Shown: positions 1-11,292, counted from the stretch's first letter. The stretch is 64,000 nucleotides of DNA from Longimicrobiales bacterium (GCA_965219445.1 CBDCNQ010000005.1:1600001-1664000), one strand, 5' to 3'. Made by a program: numbers and translations. The notes: generated by a model not told the origin, from the letters alone.

Positions 1-750
1 CATGCGGCCCCGATACGTTCCCTCCAGCTCGACGAGTTCTCGCAAGACGCTGTCGTTCTCTTCAGGACTCATGCCCTGCATGAGTCCTGCTCGCCCGGTG
101 GGCACCACGAAGTAGACGTTGAAGGAAACGGCGCCCGCCTCGGCGGACCAGCGAGCCAAATCTGCTATCTCGTGCCTATTGCCGGTTGTGACCGTCGTCT
201 GAATAACGAAATCGAGCGTTCGGGTGGCGCAACGCTCGACCGCCGCCATCGTGTCCGTGAGTGCGCCCCCGCCGTGCCGGAATCGATCATGGTACTCGGG
301 ACGGAGCGAGTCGATGCTGACGGCGACACCTTTGACACCGGCCCCCATTAGAGAGTCGATGCGCTCCTCGGTCAGGCGCGTCCCGTTCGTGCCCACCACG
401 ACCGTGGCGCCCCGCCCCGAGGCTCGCTCGGCCAGGGCTTCCAGGTCGTCTCGCAGGAGGGGCTCTCCCCCCGTGAGGATCAGCATGGGGTTGGGGTTCA
501 CGTCGAGGATCTCATCCACGATGCGCAGGCATTGATCCGTTGTGAGCTCATCGTCGGCTGCATGCCAGGAACCCGCCGAGATATAACAGTGCGCGCACGC
601 CAGGTTGCATCGTTTCGTGAGGTTCCACGCAACGATGTGCGGAATGTACGGACCACGCTCACGGCTCGGTGAGACCGTCTCAAGCCCATCCGGAAGGGGG
701 GGGGTCAGAGCTGCCGAAGAGGCGGACCTGAGATCGGCTGCGAGGGTCAC
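1..750 (-). CDS. Radical SAM protein (NirJ/Ahb/PqqE-like), 3' part runs off window
   Basis: Manual translation from GTG at 750 (overlaps upstream stop): ...IVAWNLTKRCNLACAHCYISAG...LILTGGEPLLR; CxxxCxxC motif. Absent from the ORF track because it is open at the window edge. Confidence 0.85.
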   Translation of the reverse strand, partial: MTLAADLRSASSAALTPPLPDGLETVSPSRERGPYIPHIVAWNLTKRCNLACAHCYISAGSWHAADDELTTDQCLRIVDEILDVNPNPMLILTGGEPLLRDDLEALAERASGRGATVVVGTNGTRLTEERIDSLMGAGVKGVAVSIDSLRPEYHDRFRHGGGALTDTMAAVERCATRTLDFVIQTTVTTGNRHEIADLARWSAEAGAVSFNVYFVVPTGRAGLMQGMSPEENDSVLRELVELEGTYRGRM

Positions 751-2909
751 GCTTCGCTCGGTTCCTGTCTCATGAATTGTTCGATCGCGGCCTTTGCGTC
801 CTCCGGTGAGACGGTCTTGAAGTCCACCGGGCAGTCCTCGGCGGCCTCGGCCACGTCCCGAATCGGGCAGCGCGTCACGCCGCTGGCCTTGGCCTCCTCG
901 ATGAATTTCCGCATCTCGGGGGTCATGCCGTCGACGCCCTCGGCTGCCGCTTTGATCTGCTTTGTCTGGAGTTCTCGGAACATGACCAACATGGTGTCCA
1001 TGTCGAACTCGTCGGCCTCGATCATGGCCTGCTTGTTCTCATCCATCACAGGCGTGGTGACTCTCCAGAAGTCGTTCTCACGGGCGAAGCGCTCCACCGT
1101 GTTGCGGGCCAACGGCCTCGCGATCAACGGCACCTGCTTCAGTCGGTCGAAAGCCTCCTCGGTCCACTCGATAAGATCGTCCGCCGTCCGTTCGCGCATT
1201 AACGGATGACCACTGTACGGGCAGGTGGCGGAGATCATGGGGACCTCCGGCTGCGGGTCGGAATCCAAACCGTTGACCAGCGTCCGCTTCATCGCTTCGT
1301 CGGCCTTCACCTCGGCGAGGGCGAGCTCCTCTGCTGTGCCGATCCCCATGATCAACTGCATGTGGGTCGGAAGCAGCTTCGTGATGGCTTCGTCCAAGCG
1401 AGGGCTCGTCACCATCGGAAGACCGCCAACGCCGAGCGGGGGCACCGACGCGCCCGGATCCGCACCGTTGGTGGCGGCCTCGGTTCCCGTGAGGGTTGCC
1501 CCTTCGCCGTTAGCCGAGGAGCCGCTTCCGTTTTTCGTGGTGGCGGTGCCCTTCGAGGCCGCCTGCACGATCGACTCTTCGCGGTACGTGCCATTGGCTC
1601 CAGCGCCGTAGTTGTCGAGCACGTATTCTTCAACCGCTTTACGGGCGATCCCGAGTGCGAACGGCGGCACCCGAAGAATTCGGACTTCGGCATCGGGCGC
1701 CCACTCGAGCCCGGTCTCACCGTCCTCTTCGATCCAGGGAATGTCGTCCGGGCGAACGTCGGTCGTGCCGATGAGCAGGATGTTCGTGGGTGAGAGGCGG
1801 CACAGATTATCCGCCTGAGATCCCATGTCGGTACCCTCGATCCGGTGCCCCCCGTGGCGTGCGAGGATCAGAAGGCTCGGCTCGATCTCCTCGATCCACT
1901 GAAGGATGCATTGGAAGGGTTTACCGATGAGGATCTGCGTCTCGACCTGGACCTCGGGGAACTCCTGCGCCATCACCTCGGCCCGCTTGAGATTGGCCTG
2001 TGCCAGCTTCAGAAGACCCTTGTCGATGATGTTGTTATGGAGCTCTTCCTGCTCCTCGAACTTGAAGACCTTCGAGGCTTGCACGGAAAGAATGTCCTTG
2101 ATGTTCCCGAACACGGCGTGGTGGTATTCCACATCGAAGGCCGAGCACACATGAAGCTTCGCCCCGAACTCCTTGGCCATCTCCAAGGCATGCCGCATGG
2201 CCTTGTAGGAGTACGAAGAACCGTCGACACAGACGATCCAATCACCGCCTTCTAGTGCGCGTTCGTCCCTGACGATCAAGGTGTCCTTTTCGACCTGGCG
2301 GATGACCCGCGAAACCATCCCACCCAACTGTGAGTAGGGCTGCTTGCCGATCCCATGCGCACCGATGGCGAGGAGGTCATAGTCGCGACCACTCGAGCCG
2401 GCGAGCTTCTCATCCTGGTCCTCGTCCTCCGCGACGATCCGCCCGTCCTCGTCCACGATGACGTCGCTACGGACGCTTTCACCGCCGTCGTACTTGTCCG
2501 CGATGTTCGGGTCGAAGCCGATCAAGCTGGGAAGGCGGCCGGCGCCTCGGTTGGCCTCCCGAGAGACCTCCTCATAGTTGATGCCCTCGAGGAGCTGCCG
2601 GGTCAGCGGTACGCCCGCCGTCTCACAACTGTTGGCGGTCTGATCGAGAAAGGAATCCGATATGAGCTGGAGGCCCTTCTCGATCAGCTTGTCGTGAACC
2701 TTCCTCTGCCGCTTGATTTCTTCCGCGCTCTGGAACTGGGCGGGGAGCCCGGTCTCCAACTGTCGAAACCGCACATCGTGAAGGCGAGCAGCGTACACAT
2801 GATTGCCAGTGATCCGCCCCTCGGAGCGTTTACAAAGCTCGATGGCGCGGTCAACCGCCCAGTGTGAATTATCGGAGTTGTCGACGGGTACGAAGACTTC
2901 ACGGTACAT
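747..2909 (-). CDS. Universal stress protein (two USP domains) fused to two PCP_red-like C-terminal domains
   Basis: VFVPVDNSDNSHWA and IVCVDGSSYSYKA USP starts; two W-x-x-[DE]A...VP-x-x-x-x-x-x-AR-x-x-VE repeats. Confidence 0.75.
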   Translation of the reverse strand: MYREVFVPVDNSDNSHWAVDRAIELCKRSEGRITGNHVYAARLHDVRFRQLETGLPAQFQSAEEIKRQRKVHDKLIEKGLQLISDSFLDQTANSCETAGVPLTRQLLEGINYEEVSREANRGAGRLPSLIGFDPNIADKYDGGESVRSDVIVDEDGRIVAEDEDQDEKLAGSSGRDYDLLAIGAHGIGKQPYSQLGGMVSRVIRQVEKDTLIVRDERALEGGDWIVCVDGSSYSYKAMRHALEMAKEFGAKLHVCSAFDVEYHHAVFGNIKDILSVQASKVFKFEEQEELHNNIIDKGLLKLAQANLKRAEVMAQEFPEVQVETQILIGKPFQCILQWIEEIEPSLLILARHGGHRIEGTDMGSQADNLCRLSPTNILLIGTTDVRPDDIPWIEEDGETGLEWAPDAEVRILRVPPFALGIARKAVEEYVLDNYGAGANGTYREESIVQAASKGTATTKNGSGSSANGEGATLTGTEAATNGADPGASVPPLGVGGLPMVTSPRLDEAITKLLPTHMQLIMGIGTAEELALAEVKADEAMKRTLVNGLDSDPQPEVPMISATCPYSGHPLMRERTADDLIEWTEEAFDRLKQVPLIARPLARNTVERFARENDFWRVTTPVMDENKQAMIEADEFDMDTMLVMFRELQTKQIKAAAEGVDGMTPEMRKFIEEAKASGVTRCPIRDVAEAAEDCPVDFKTVSPEDAKAAIEQFMRQEPSEA

Positions 2910-3058
2910 AAGCACCTCGGGCGGCGGCCCTCATTATCACGGTCTTCGGCGCCCCTACAAAGGGCGCTTGTTCCAAATGGTGCATGTTGTGCGCATGAGT
3001 ATACCCGACCCCTCTCAGGGCTGTCAACAAAGGGTGAGTCGGGGTGTCTAATCGGTTC

Positions 3059-3772
3059 TCATCGGCCGCCGAGCCCTATCGCATAGCGGCCGGCTACAGC
3101 AAGCAGAAGCAACACTGCGAGCGTGGCTCCGATGGGTGCTGTGAGCAGTGCCGGGTCCAAGTCGGACCCGCCGGCCCCGGCTGCCGAGAGTAAGGTCTCA
3201 TGGAGCGGACGGAAGGGATTCCACGCCTCCAGCGTGGCCTGCCATGTTTCTGGAACGGGGGTACGAAACGTGCCCGCCCAATGCAGAAACAGGAGAGCAG
3301 CCACGGCCGAGAAGAGTGCTCCTTCGGCGACGGATTTGGCCAAGGCAGCAGTGAGTGCCCCGAGCGCGTTCGCTGCCAGCAGTCCGAGTACCATGGCTGG
3401 TACGACGATGGCCAGCTGAGAAGCCGAACTTCCCCTCGCTGCGGCGATGACCAGCACCGACGGCGCCAGCTCGATCAGGTCGAGTACGGTGGTGGCGAGT
3501 ACGCGCTGAAGAAGGAGGCCACCGGGGTGAACTCCTGTGAGCACGTAACGCCGGAGAAGCCCCGACTCACCATCACGGATCAGTGGGATGCTCGAGCCGA
3601 ACGTGCCGAACAGGGCGAAGAGCACGGTGAAGACGGCCGCCGCGTGTACGGCGGGCGCCGAGCTGAGCGCGATGGTGGCCACGAACGTCAGGGGAATCAG
3701 AATGTTGAACAGAAAGAGGCGTCGGCGCCGTAGGGCGGTGAGCCATTCCGTCCTCCACACGGCGAGCGTCAC
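3059..3772 (-). CDS. ABC-2 type permease
   Basis: Hydrophobic ~237 aa protein from GTG 3772 overlapping the ATPase stop; RDGESGLLRRY motif. Confidence 0.75.
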   Translation of the reverse strand: MTLAVWRTEWLTALRRRRLFLFNILIPLTFVATIALSSAPAVHAAAVFTVLFALFGTFGSSIPLIRDGESGLLRRYVLTGVHPGGLLLQRVLATTVLDLIELAPSVLVIAAARGSSASQLAIVVPAMVLGLLAANALGALTAALAKSVAEGALFSAVAALLFLHWAGTFRTPVPETWQATLEAWNPFRPLHETLLSAAGAGGSDLDPALLTAPIGATLAVLLLLAVAGRYAIGLGGR

Positions 3773-4728
3773 GCGTCCTCTTTCTGTGTGCCCAAGGCGT
3801 GTCTCTCTGGGCCGAAGGCTTCGCCGGTGAAATGCGTGAACACGTCCGTGAGGTCGGGTTCCCGGAGCTCGATCCGCTCGATCTTCAGCCCCGTGCCGAG
3901 AATCGTGCCAACCAACTGCGGAAGGACGTCTGGGCCGGATCCGCTCTCGGCGATGATCCGCCCCGGTAGTTGTTGGATCGAAAGGATGTCCGCCGGGAGC
4001 TCCGCGAGGTCCACCGGAGGGCCAGCGACGTGCACCTCGATTCGCGTGGCACCGCCGACTTCGGCGAGAAGCTGGGATGGACTGCCGTGCGCGACGACCT
4101 TCCCTTCGTGGAGAAGAACCACCACTGTGGCCAATGCTTGGGCCAGTGCGGGTTCGTTGGTGGCGACGAGCGTGCACACACCCTTTGCCGAGCGCTCCTC
4201 GAGTATAGAAAGGAGTGCTTCCCGCGAAGGTGGATCGAGGCCGAGCGCCGGCTCGTCCAAAATGAGCATCTTGGGCTCGTGAACCAGAGCCTGTGTGATG
4301 AGAAGCTTTTTCTTCATCCCGTACGAGTACTCCCTCGTGGGGACGTGAAGCGCATCATCGAGGCCCATCGACGTGAAAAGCGCCTCCAGGGCCCTCGCAG
4401 ACCTGTCCCGAGGTAAACCGTAGAGCTCGGCGAACAGGAGTCCGTTCTCCATCCCGGTGAGATAGTCGACGTGGACCGGCGTATCCTGAACGATGCCGAT
4501 CTTTCTGCGGACCTCTCGCGAAGAGCGTCCGTAGGCTTCGCCGAAGAGGGTGAGCGATCCGGGGCGGGAGGGGAGTTCCGTGGATACCAGGCGAAGCAAA
4601 GTGCTTTTTCCGGATCCGTTCGGGCCCATCACGACCACGCGATCCCCGGGGCCTCCTCCGAGGGAGACCCCTCGCAGGCCCCTACGGCCCGAGGGATAGG
4701 TGAAGGAAAGCTCCGTGGCGCCGAACAA
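3769..4728 (-). CDS. ABC transporter ATP-binding protein
   Basis: GPNGSGKST Walker A, YSYGMKKK signature, LILDEP Walker B; start approximate (TTG). Confidence 0.9.
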   Translation of the reverse strand: MFGATELSFTYPSGRRGLRGVSLGGGPGDRVVVMGPNGSGKSTLLRLVSTELPSRPGSLTLFGEAYGRSSREVRRKIGIVQDTPVHVDYLTGMENGLLFAELYGLPRDRSARALEALFTSMGLDDALHVPTREYSYGMKKKLLITQALVHEPKMLILDEPALGLDPPSREALLSILEERSAKGVCTLVATNEPALAQALATVVVLLHEGKVVAHGSPSQLLAEVGGATRIEVHVAGPPVDLAELPADILSIQQLPGRIIAESGSGPDVLPQLVGTILGTGLKIERIELREPDLTDVFTHFTGEAFGPERHALGTQKEDA

Positions 4729-4730
4729 GC

Positions 4731-5231
4731 CTACATCCCTTCCAGGCCCAACTCCGTGCGTGCCCGGTCCATGATATCGGGCGTGATCTCGGAAATCCCC
4801 TTCTCGCGTGCCCAATCGGTGTAAATCCGCTTCACCATGCCGCGGACGAAGCTGGGCACACGCTCGAGCCGGCCCGCGGCCTCGGCGGTCCACACGACTG
4901 GGCCCCCGGCGGCCTCGGCGGCGCTCACGCCCTCGCCCCGGATCGCCGGTTCACCCGAGGCGAGCGGGATATCCTCGGACAGAGCGAACGCACCCTCGCG
5001 GCCGCCCTCGAGTGACGTGCGCGCCAGCTCCATGGGCTGGGTGGGGACTTCGCGTCCGCCGATCTTCACACCCATACTCGAGACCAGCTGCGTCTCCATC
5101 GGGTTGGTGAGCATCGCCATCTCCCGTCCGCATGACCCGCACGTGAATACGGCCGCCAGCGTACCGTCCCCGGGAATCTGTCGCTCGGCGAACTCCATGA
5201 CGTTGTCACAGTCCACGCAGAGAAACTTCAT
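4731..5231 (-). CDS. CxxC...CxxC metal-binding protein with C-terminal PCP_red-like domain
   Basis: MKFLCVDC...FTCGSCG; WTAEAAGRLERVPSFVRGMVKR. Confidence 0.7.
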   Translation of the reverse strand: MKFLCVDCDNVMEFAERQIPGDGTLAAVFTCGSCGREMAMLTNPMETQLVSSMGVKIGGREVPTQPMELARTSLEGGREGAFALSEDIPLASGEPAIRGEGVSAAEAAGGPVVWTAEAAGRLERVPSFVRGMVKRIYTDWAREKGISEITPDIMDRARTELGLEGM

Positions 5232-6151
5232 GAGCCCGCCTCCTCGACCGCGTCCTCGGCCCGGGTCCCGACACGCTTTTCGACCTGATCGGCCAAGGTG
5301 AGAATCGCCCGGCTCGAGTGGGCGTCGGAGTCCGTGATCACGAGCGGCGTGCCCGAGTCCGTGGCGGCGCCGAACCGTGGATCGAAAGGAATCTCCGCCC
5401 AAACCGGTACGCCGGACTCCTCTTCGAGGCGTTTGGCGCCATCGCCCCTGAAGAGCTCGGACACGTGACCGCACTCCGGACATGTGTGACCCACCATGTT
5501 CGAAACCAACGCGACCTCTCCCACAGCGGCCTCACGGGCCATCCGAACTGATTTCGAAACCACGAAACGAGCCGCCTCGGACGGGGTCGTTACGAGGAGC
5601 ATCTGATCCACGTCAGGGACCAGTTCCAAGAGCCGTCGAATCTTGTCCGTCCCGGGGGGAACGTCGACCAGGAGTACGTCCAGCTCCCCCCACTCCACGT
5701 CACCCAGAAACTCCCGGAGGACCCCCGTTTCGAGCGTGCTTTGCCAAATGAACCCACCCATTCCGGGTTCGCGCCAGCGAAGGGGGGCGTCCTCCTCCTC
5801 CTGGAGCAACTCCATGGATATCACCCGGACTCCCGACGGGCTTTGGGCGGGCGCCACTCCGCTTGGCCGATCGGCCAGCCGCGCCCCGGATACGCCCAAC
5901 ATACCGGCTAACGAGGGTCCGTTGAGGTCGGCGTCGGCGGCCCCGACTGCGAGCCCCCTGGCCGCGAGAGCGGCGGCCAGGTTGGCCGTGATGGCGCTCT
6001 TGCCGACGCCCCCTTTGCCGCTAGCGATGGCCACGACCGACCGAACCCGAGCGAGGCGGTCGGCGAGGCGGCGTTGCTGGTCTACGACTTGCTCGAGCAG
6101 GTCCGAGCCGGTCTCATGGGTGACGTCTTGATAGGTTCGAATTTTTCGCAT
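5228..6151 (-). CDS. Mrp/NBP35 (ApbC) Fe-S carrier ATPase
   Basis: SGKGGVGKS, DADLNGPS, DVPPGT, CPECG. Confidence 0.9.
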   Translation of the reverse strand: MRKIRTYQDVTHETGSDLLEQVVDQQRRLADRLARVRSVVAIASGKGGVGKSAITANLAAALAARGLAVGAADADLNGPSLAGMLGVSGARLADRPSGVAPAQSPSGVRVISMELLQEEEDAPLRWREPGMGGFIWQSTLETGVLREFLGDVEWGELDVLLVDVPPGTDKIRRLLELVPDVDQMLLVTTPSEAARFVVSKSVRMAREAAVGEVALVSNMVGHTCPECGHVSELFRGDGAKRLEEESGVPVWAEIPFDPRFGAATDSGTPLVITDSDAHSSRAILTLADQVEKRVGTRAEDAVEEAGS

Positions 6152-6235
6152 CGGATCAGTCGTTTTGCAACGCCCGAAAGATCGCGCCGGATCCAGAGCC
6201 GCGGCACTCCCGGTGGCTCGCGAACTTCCGGGACA

Positions 6236-6469
6236 TCACGCTACTTGCTCCCCCTCTTCGTCGAACGCGGAGAGTGCGTCAACGGGGCAAGAGGCGCAGG
6301 CCTCGATCAATACTTCCCGCCCGATCGCATCGGTCTCACTGACAAAGACCGCTATCTCCTCGTCGTCGAACTCGAAGACGCCTGGCGCTGCTTCAATGCA
6401 GTCCCCGAAGCTGACACATAGGTCTCGGTCGATATGGACCCGGAGACCCTCTATAATACGCTCGGACAT
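6236..6469 (-). CDS. Single-cluster ferredoxin
   Basis: IDRDLCVSFGDC...CPVDAL. Confidence 0.9.
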   Translation of the reverse strand: MSERIIEGLRVHIDRDLCVSFGDCIEAAPGVFEFDDEEIAVFVSETDAIGREVLIEACASCPVDALSAFDEEGEQVA

Positions 6470-6623
6470 ATATTGTCGGGGAAATCGTGGCGACCGTCTC
6501 CGGTCGCTGGTGGATGTAATTCAACCCCGCCGCTCATGCGCGATGAGTGAGCCGTAACGTGTCCGAGAGTGATCGGGGTGGCAAGGGGAATCTTGGCCCA
6601 TCCACTGATTTGGGAGAACCACT

Positions 6624-7112
6624 GTGGACGGACATCACACGGAAGCCCATGAGCCCTCCGCGGAGGGCCGTGGAGGTTCCTCCGATCCCTCCCAAAATCG
6701 CATAGGACTGGCCACGAGTGCGACCGTCCACTGTCTGGCCGGCTGCGGCCTGGGAGAGGTTCTGGGTGTCGTCATCGGAGTGGGGATCGGGCTGACGGCC
6801 GTCGCGACGATCGTTCTTGCCGTAATCCTCGGCTTCGTCTTCGGGTTTGCGTTGGGCCTCATTCCGCTGTTGCGAGGGGGATTTTCTTGGTCGTGGGCCA
6901 TCCGCCAAGTGCTCGTCGCCGAGGGCTTGAGCATCGCCGTAATGGAGACGGCTGAGGTCCTGGTGGAGGTCTATACGCCGGGTGTGATGCAAGCGGGTCT
7001 CAGCAGCCCGATTTTTTGGGGCGGAATGCTTCTGGCGTTGACCGCCGGCTTCCTCGCCGCCTGGCCGGTGAACTACTGGTTGGTGGGAAAGGGTGTCCGT
7101 CATATTCATTAG
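6624..7112 (+). CDS. DUF4396-like membrane protein
   Basis: ATVHCLAGCGLGE...AWPVNYWL. Confidence 0.75.
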   Translation: MDGHHTEAHEPSAEGRGGSSDPSQNRIGLATSATVHCLAGCGLGEVLGVVIGVGIGLTAVATIVLAVILGFVFGFALGLIPLLRGGFSWSWAIRQVLVAEGLSIAVMETAEVLVEVYTPGVMQAGLSSPIFWGGMLLALTAGFLAAWPVNYWLVGKGVRHIH

Positions 7113-7194
7113 ACGGGCTACCTTTTAGAGGACGCCCATCACCGCCTGGACCACCCAGACGATGGCGAAGAGCAGGGCCGGAAACAGGGCGAGG

Positions 7195-9429
7195 CTAGTT
7201 GCTGGGTGGCGGCGCCTCGATATGCATCTCAACGAGCATCGCCTGGAACCTGGGGTCCTCCCTGATCGGATCCACGTCCGGCAGCCAGGCGAGCGTCGCT
7301 ACTCCGAAAGCACGGAGGTCGATTGCTCGCTGCAGTGTGGCGATAGCCGAGTCGTACTGACCGACGGCTAACTGATACCGAGCCAGGTCGACCGATCGCT
7401 CGCGGAGCGCCGCGCTCAGGTCGGCGGGAACCTCCTGGGCCTGCCCGGTCGTGGCGAGGTGCTCGGCACCCGCCAGGAACTCAGCCATCGGCTCCGCATC
7501 GATCCCTTTCACCTCGGCCACGCGCGCGAAAGCATCCCCCGCGTCCCCGAAGCGCTTCTCAGCGAGGAATAGGAACCCGATCTCGGTCCAGATCCGTTCG
7601 TCGTTCGGGCTCAGCCGGATCCCGTCCTGAGCCTTGCCGATCGCCTGTTCCAGCCGCCCCGAAGCGGCGAATACGCGCGTTGCAGCGAGCTTCACGGCCG
7701 ACGACAGCATATCGACGCGCTCAGCGGCCCGAATCGTCGCGACGGCCCGCTCATGTTGTCCGGCACCCGCGAGCCCGCGGGCCCGGCGCAGGAGCGTCGA
7801 GGATGACGTTGGCCCACTCGCCAACGCTCGCTGGAACTCCACGCCGGCACCGGTCCAATCGTAGGACCTCGACAGGAAGAGCCCCATCGCCGATGGCGCC
7901 TCGCTCGACCCTGGGTCGATCCTCAGCGCTTCCAACGCGGTGCTAGCACCTTCCTCGAGCACCTCACCGACTTGTCGATCGGGCAGGATCTCAGAAGCCC
8001 GCGCGTATGCTTCCGCCGCACCGGCCCAGGCAGGCGCATAGGCGGAGTCCAACGCGATCGCCATGTGGTAATTGTCAATCGCCGCGAGGACTCCAGCCTC
8101 CGTATGGCGATTCACGTTGAACTGGCCCCACAGGTACTTGTCGTACGCCATCTGGTTGGTGGTTGGCACTTCATCGATCATGGACAGCTCACCCTCGGCG
8201 AATCGCATCTCGAGCGCGCCGAGGATCGCGCGCGATACTTCGTCTTGCACCACAAAGAGGTCATCGATAAGGCGCTCGTACTCCGCGCTCCAGATCTCCC
8301 CTCCATCGGCGGACAACAAGCGCGTCTGGACCCGAACACGGGCGTCGCTCTTCGCCACCGTGCCGGCGAGCACGCTGCGTACGCCCAACGCGGAAGCTAC
8401 GGCTGCATGGTCTACCCCTCCCATCATGGCGGCGAGAGAGGATGCTCGAGCGGCGACATCGAGCTCCGGAACGCTGGACAGGCGAATGCGCAGCTCGTCC
8501 GACAGCCCATCGCTGAAGTAGTCGTCCTCTGGGTTGTCCCCCACGTTCTCGAAAGGCAGGACGGCGATCGATCGGATCGCGCCGCCACCTGCGATGGGCT
8601 CCGGAGCCACGGAAGTCGCGTCGGTGAGGAACCACCCGAGCCCTCCCGCAGCCAAGACACCCGCGATCAAGAGCGCGGATCCGCCGCTCAGGAGACGAAT
8701 GGGAGCCGGTGACTCGCCGTGACTCCCGGCCGTGCGGATGAGCCCCTGGGACGTGATGTCGAAGAGCCAGGACCCCGCGAACGCGAGCGGCAATCCCACC
8801 AGGGTCGTGATTACGAGGAGCCGCATGACGAAGTAGGGCAGCCCAAGGGCGGGGAGCATGATGTCGGCGGCTTGCAGCACGGCGAACATCGCCGCCCCAT
8901 AGATCAGCACGACGCGAAAGACCCGGCGGCGCTTGAGCTCGGCGACGAAGTCCTTCACTGCGGAGGGGTCTCTTTTCTCAACGTCGTCTCGCATGGGGAC
9001 TTCCAGTCCGTCTGCCGCGATCGCATGGATTGCCACGGGTGAAACGACGTTCTTGAGACAGAAATGACCGAGGGACACGGTTGGAATCGACGGCCGGTTC
9101 TTGAGCTCGTCGAAAATTTTTTCCGAGACGAGAACACTCCCGGGAACCGCTAGCACCTGAATTCGAGCCGCTACGTTGACGGCGTCTCCGTAGACACCCT
9201 GATCGTCGAAGGAGACCTCTCCTTGATGGACCCCGATCCGTACGGGCACGGGGCTGTCGCTGGCGAGTGCACGTTGAATGTCGATTGCGGCTGAAACCGC
9301 AGCGACTGCACTCGGAAAGACGGTGAGGCTGCCGTCGCCATAGTGCTGGACAACCTTACCACCGTGCTCCCCAGCGGAGGAAGCAACCGCGTCACGCTGA
9401 CGCCGCCGAGCGGAAAGCGCGTTTGGGTC
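7195..9429 (-). pseudogene. Class III adenylate/guanylate cyclase + TM + TolB-like + TPR protein, 5'-truncated
   Basis: Frame extends upstream of the tracked ORF (GGKVVQHYGDG, RIGVHQG, GDAVNVAARIQ, SIAVLPFEN) up to an in-frame TGA at 9430-9432; the first cyclase strand (FxDI) is missing. Confidence 0.75.
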
Positions 9430-9434
9430 TCAGC

Positions 9435-10079
9435 GTGAAGGATTTGCTTCATCACGTGCTGGCTGTGCTCCACGATCCGGTCTACCGCAAGGCCAACGCC
9501 GGGGCGCTCAGGATGGAATGGCCGCGCATCCCGCTGCCCGGCTGGCCAGACGGCGAGGCTGAAGGAGCAGCTGAGGCGCTCGCCCGGTCGGCGACACATG
9601 GGCGCGAGCTAGCCGCTCTACTCGATCCAGAAATGCCGGTGCCCGGCGTCACTCGAACCCCGCTGCGTCCCGCCGCCGCCGCTATCGCTGTTCCGTGTAC
9701 CGTCGGGGGACGCAACATGGCGGGCGCCGATTTCGTCGTCACCGTCGGCTGGGGGCACTACGGGTCGGGCGACGCTGTGATGCCCGGCCGAGGCCGCGCC
9801 GAGGAACGAGCCTACACACCGGAGGAAACTACGGCCATGTTGGACGCGTTGCCGGTTCTCGGCGACAAGACCTTCGATGTCTACCTCAACGGGGAGGCAT
9901 TCTGGCGCAACATCCCCGCCGCGGTCTGGGACTACAGGCTCGGTGGCTACCAGATCCTCAAGAAGTGGTTGTCATACCGGGAACGTGAAGTCCTCGGCCG
10001 GAGACTTCGGACCGAGGAAGTTCAGCACTTCACCGATACGGCACGACGAATCGGTGCGATACTGGTAGCGCTAGGTTAG
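9435..10079 (+). pseudogene. C-terminal fragment of type ISP restriction-modification enzyme
   Basis: AVLHDPVYR...EWPRIP and WDYRLGGYQILKKWLSYRE motifs; no N-terminal domains. Confidence 0.7.
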
Positions 10080-10265
10080 GATGTCCTGCACGAGTTGCTT
10101 ACGCCGTGACTCTAACCCTCTCAAACGCGGGCGCAGGTGAATTGTCGTCGAGCCAGCGAGAAAGACCTAGACGCCGGGAGCGAGCCACCGCGCGGCGACG
10201 CCTACCAAGATCTTGGTAATTGTATACCCCTTACACGACAGGGACAGGGCGGCTAGCGTAGACGA

Positions 10266-10952
10266 ATGCGGAAACTCATCGTGCTGTGCGTTGCCGAAAT
10301 CATGATCGTAGCAGGGAGTTTCCTGGCCGAATATTTCTGGCCAGCAGGAGACCTTCGTTGGGCTTACGTATTGCTCGCTGGAGCAATCGTGATTCCACTG
10401 CTCTATAGTCCAGAAATTTGGGGCTTCATTCGCCGTCAAGCAACGAAGAGCAGAGAGGCAGACGACACCGAAGTAGAGTCGTCACCACTCCCCCCGGTTA
10501 TTCCCGAGCCGCGTGTTGTCACTACGGTTGACCCAGGGGAAAGCCAAGTTAGCCAGGGGAGAGGCAACCCACTCATCGTTCCAATCTGCATTACAGTAGA
10601 AAACGGCCTTGACGTAGCTGCGCACTTTAGCAAGCTCACACTCGATATTGAAATGAAGGGAGGGGAACGCTCAAGCTGTCAGTTCAAGCACTATCAGATT
10701 TCTCCTCCACCTAGTACCGAACCCAAGCCAGCTGTTTTCCTGTATCGGGTTAGTGATATATCTGTACCAGCTAGACAGTCTATACAGGGATGGGTGTGCT
10801 TTCAGCACGACATCATACGTATTCCATCTTTTGAGAGGTTCGTGTTCACTGCTCAGGCCATAGGTGAGCCCGAGCAAGAATTCAGTTTTGAGCCCTATGA
10901 TTGGCCGCAGGCGACCAATCATCATTCACGGCTCGTCAAGGTGTCGCAGTGA
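10266..10952 (+). CDS. Hypothetical membrane-anchored protein, lower GC than flanks
   Basis: 228-aa ORF with two N-terminal hydrophobic segments. Confidence 0.55.
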   Translation: MRKLIVLCVAEIMIVAGSFLAEYFWPAGDLRWAYVLLAGAIVIPLLYSPEIWGFIRRQATKSREADDTEVESSPLPPVIPEPRVVTTVDPGESQVSQGRGNPLIVPICITVENGLDVAAHFSKLTLDIEMKGGERSSCQFKHYQISPPPSTEPKPAVFLYRVSDISVPARQSIQGWVCFQHDIIRIPSFERFVFTAQAIGEPEQEFSFEPYDWPQATNHHSRLVKVSQ

Positions 10953-11292
10953 GGGGGCGGTCTATGCGTAGTAGCACATTGGGATCCTGCGGAGAAGGTA
11001 GATGACTCATCGCTTGCTGCTGCCTGACCTTGAAATACGCTCGGGAGCGTTCGGAAAGGTCCACCGGAACAACATCTACAATGTCATCGCTGTGTCCGTA
11101 CTAGGCGGTGAGCCAATGCGCCTGTGAGCTAGGATCAAAGGCATCATAGGGGCATGGCGACCGCTACCGGTACCGATCAGCAGCGAAGCAGCCCGAAGAC
11201 GAAGAGGCGTTCTCCTCCGGGAGCGGGTGCGCGTTCATCATTATTCGCGCAAGCAAGCAACCCAACCCGTCCTACCCAAGAGGAGGATGCCC

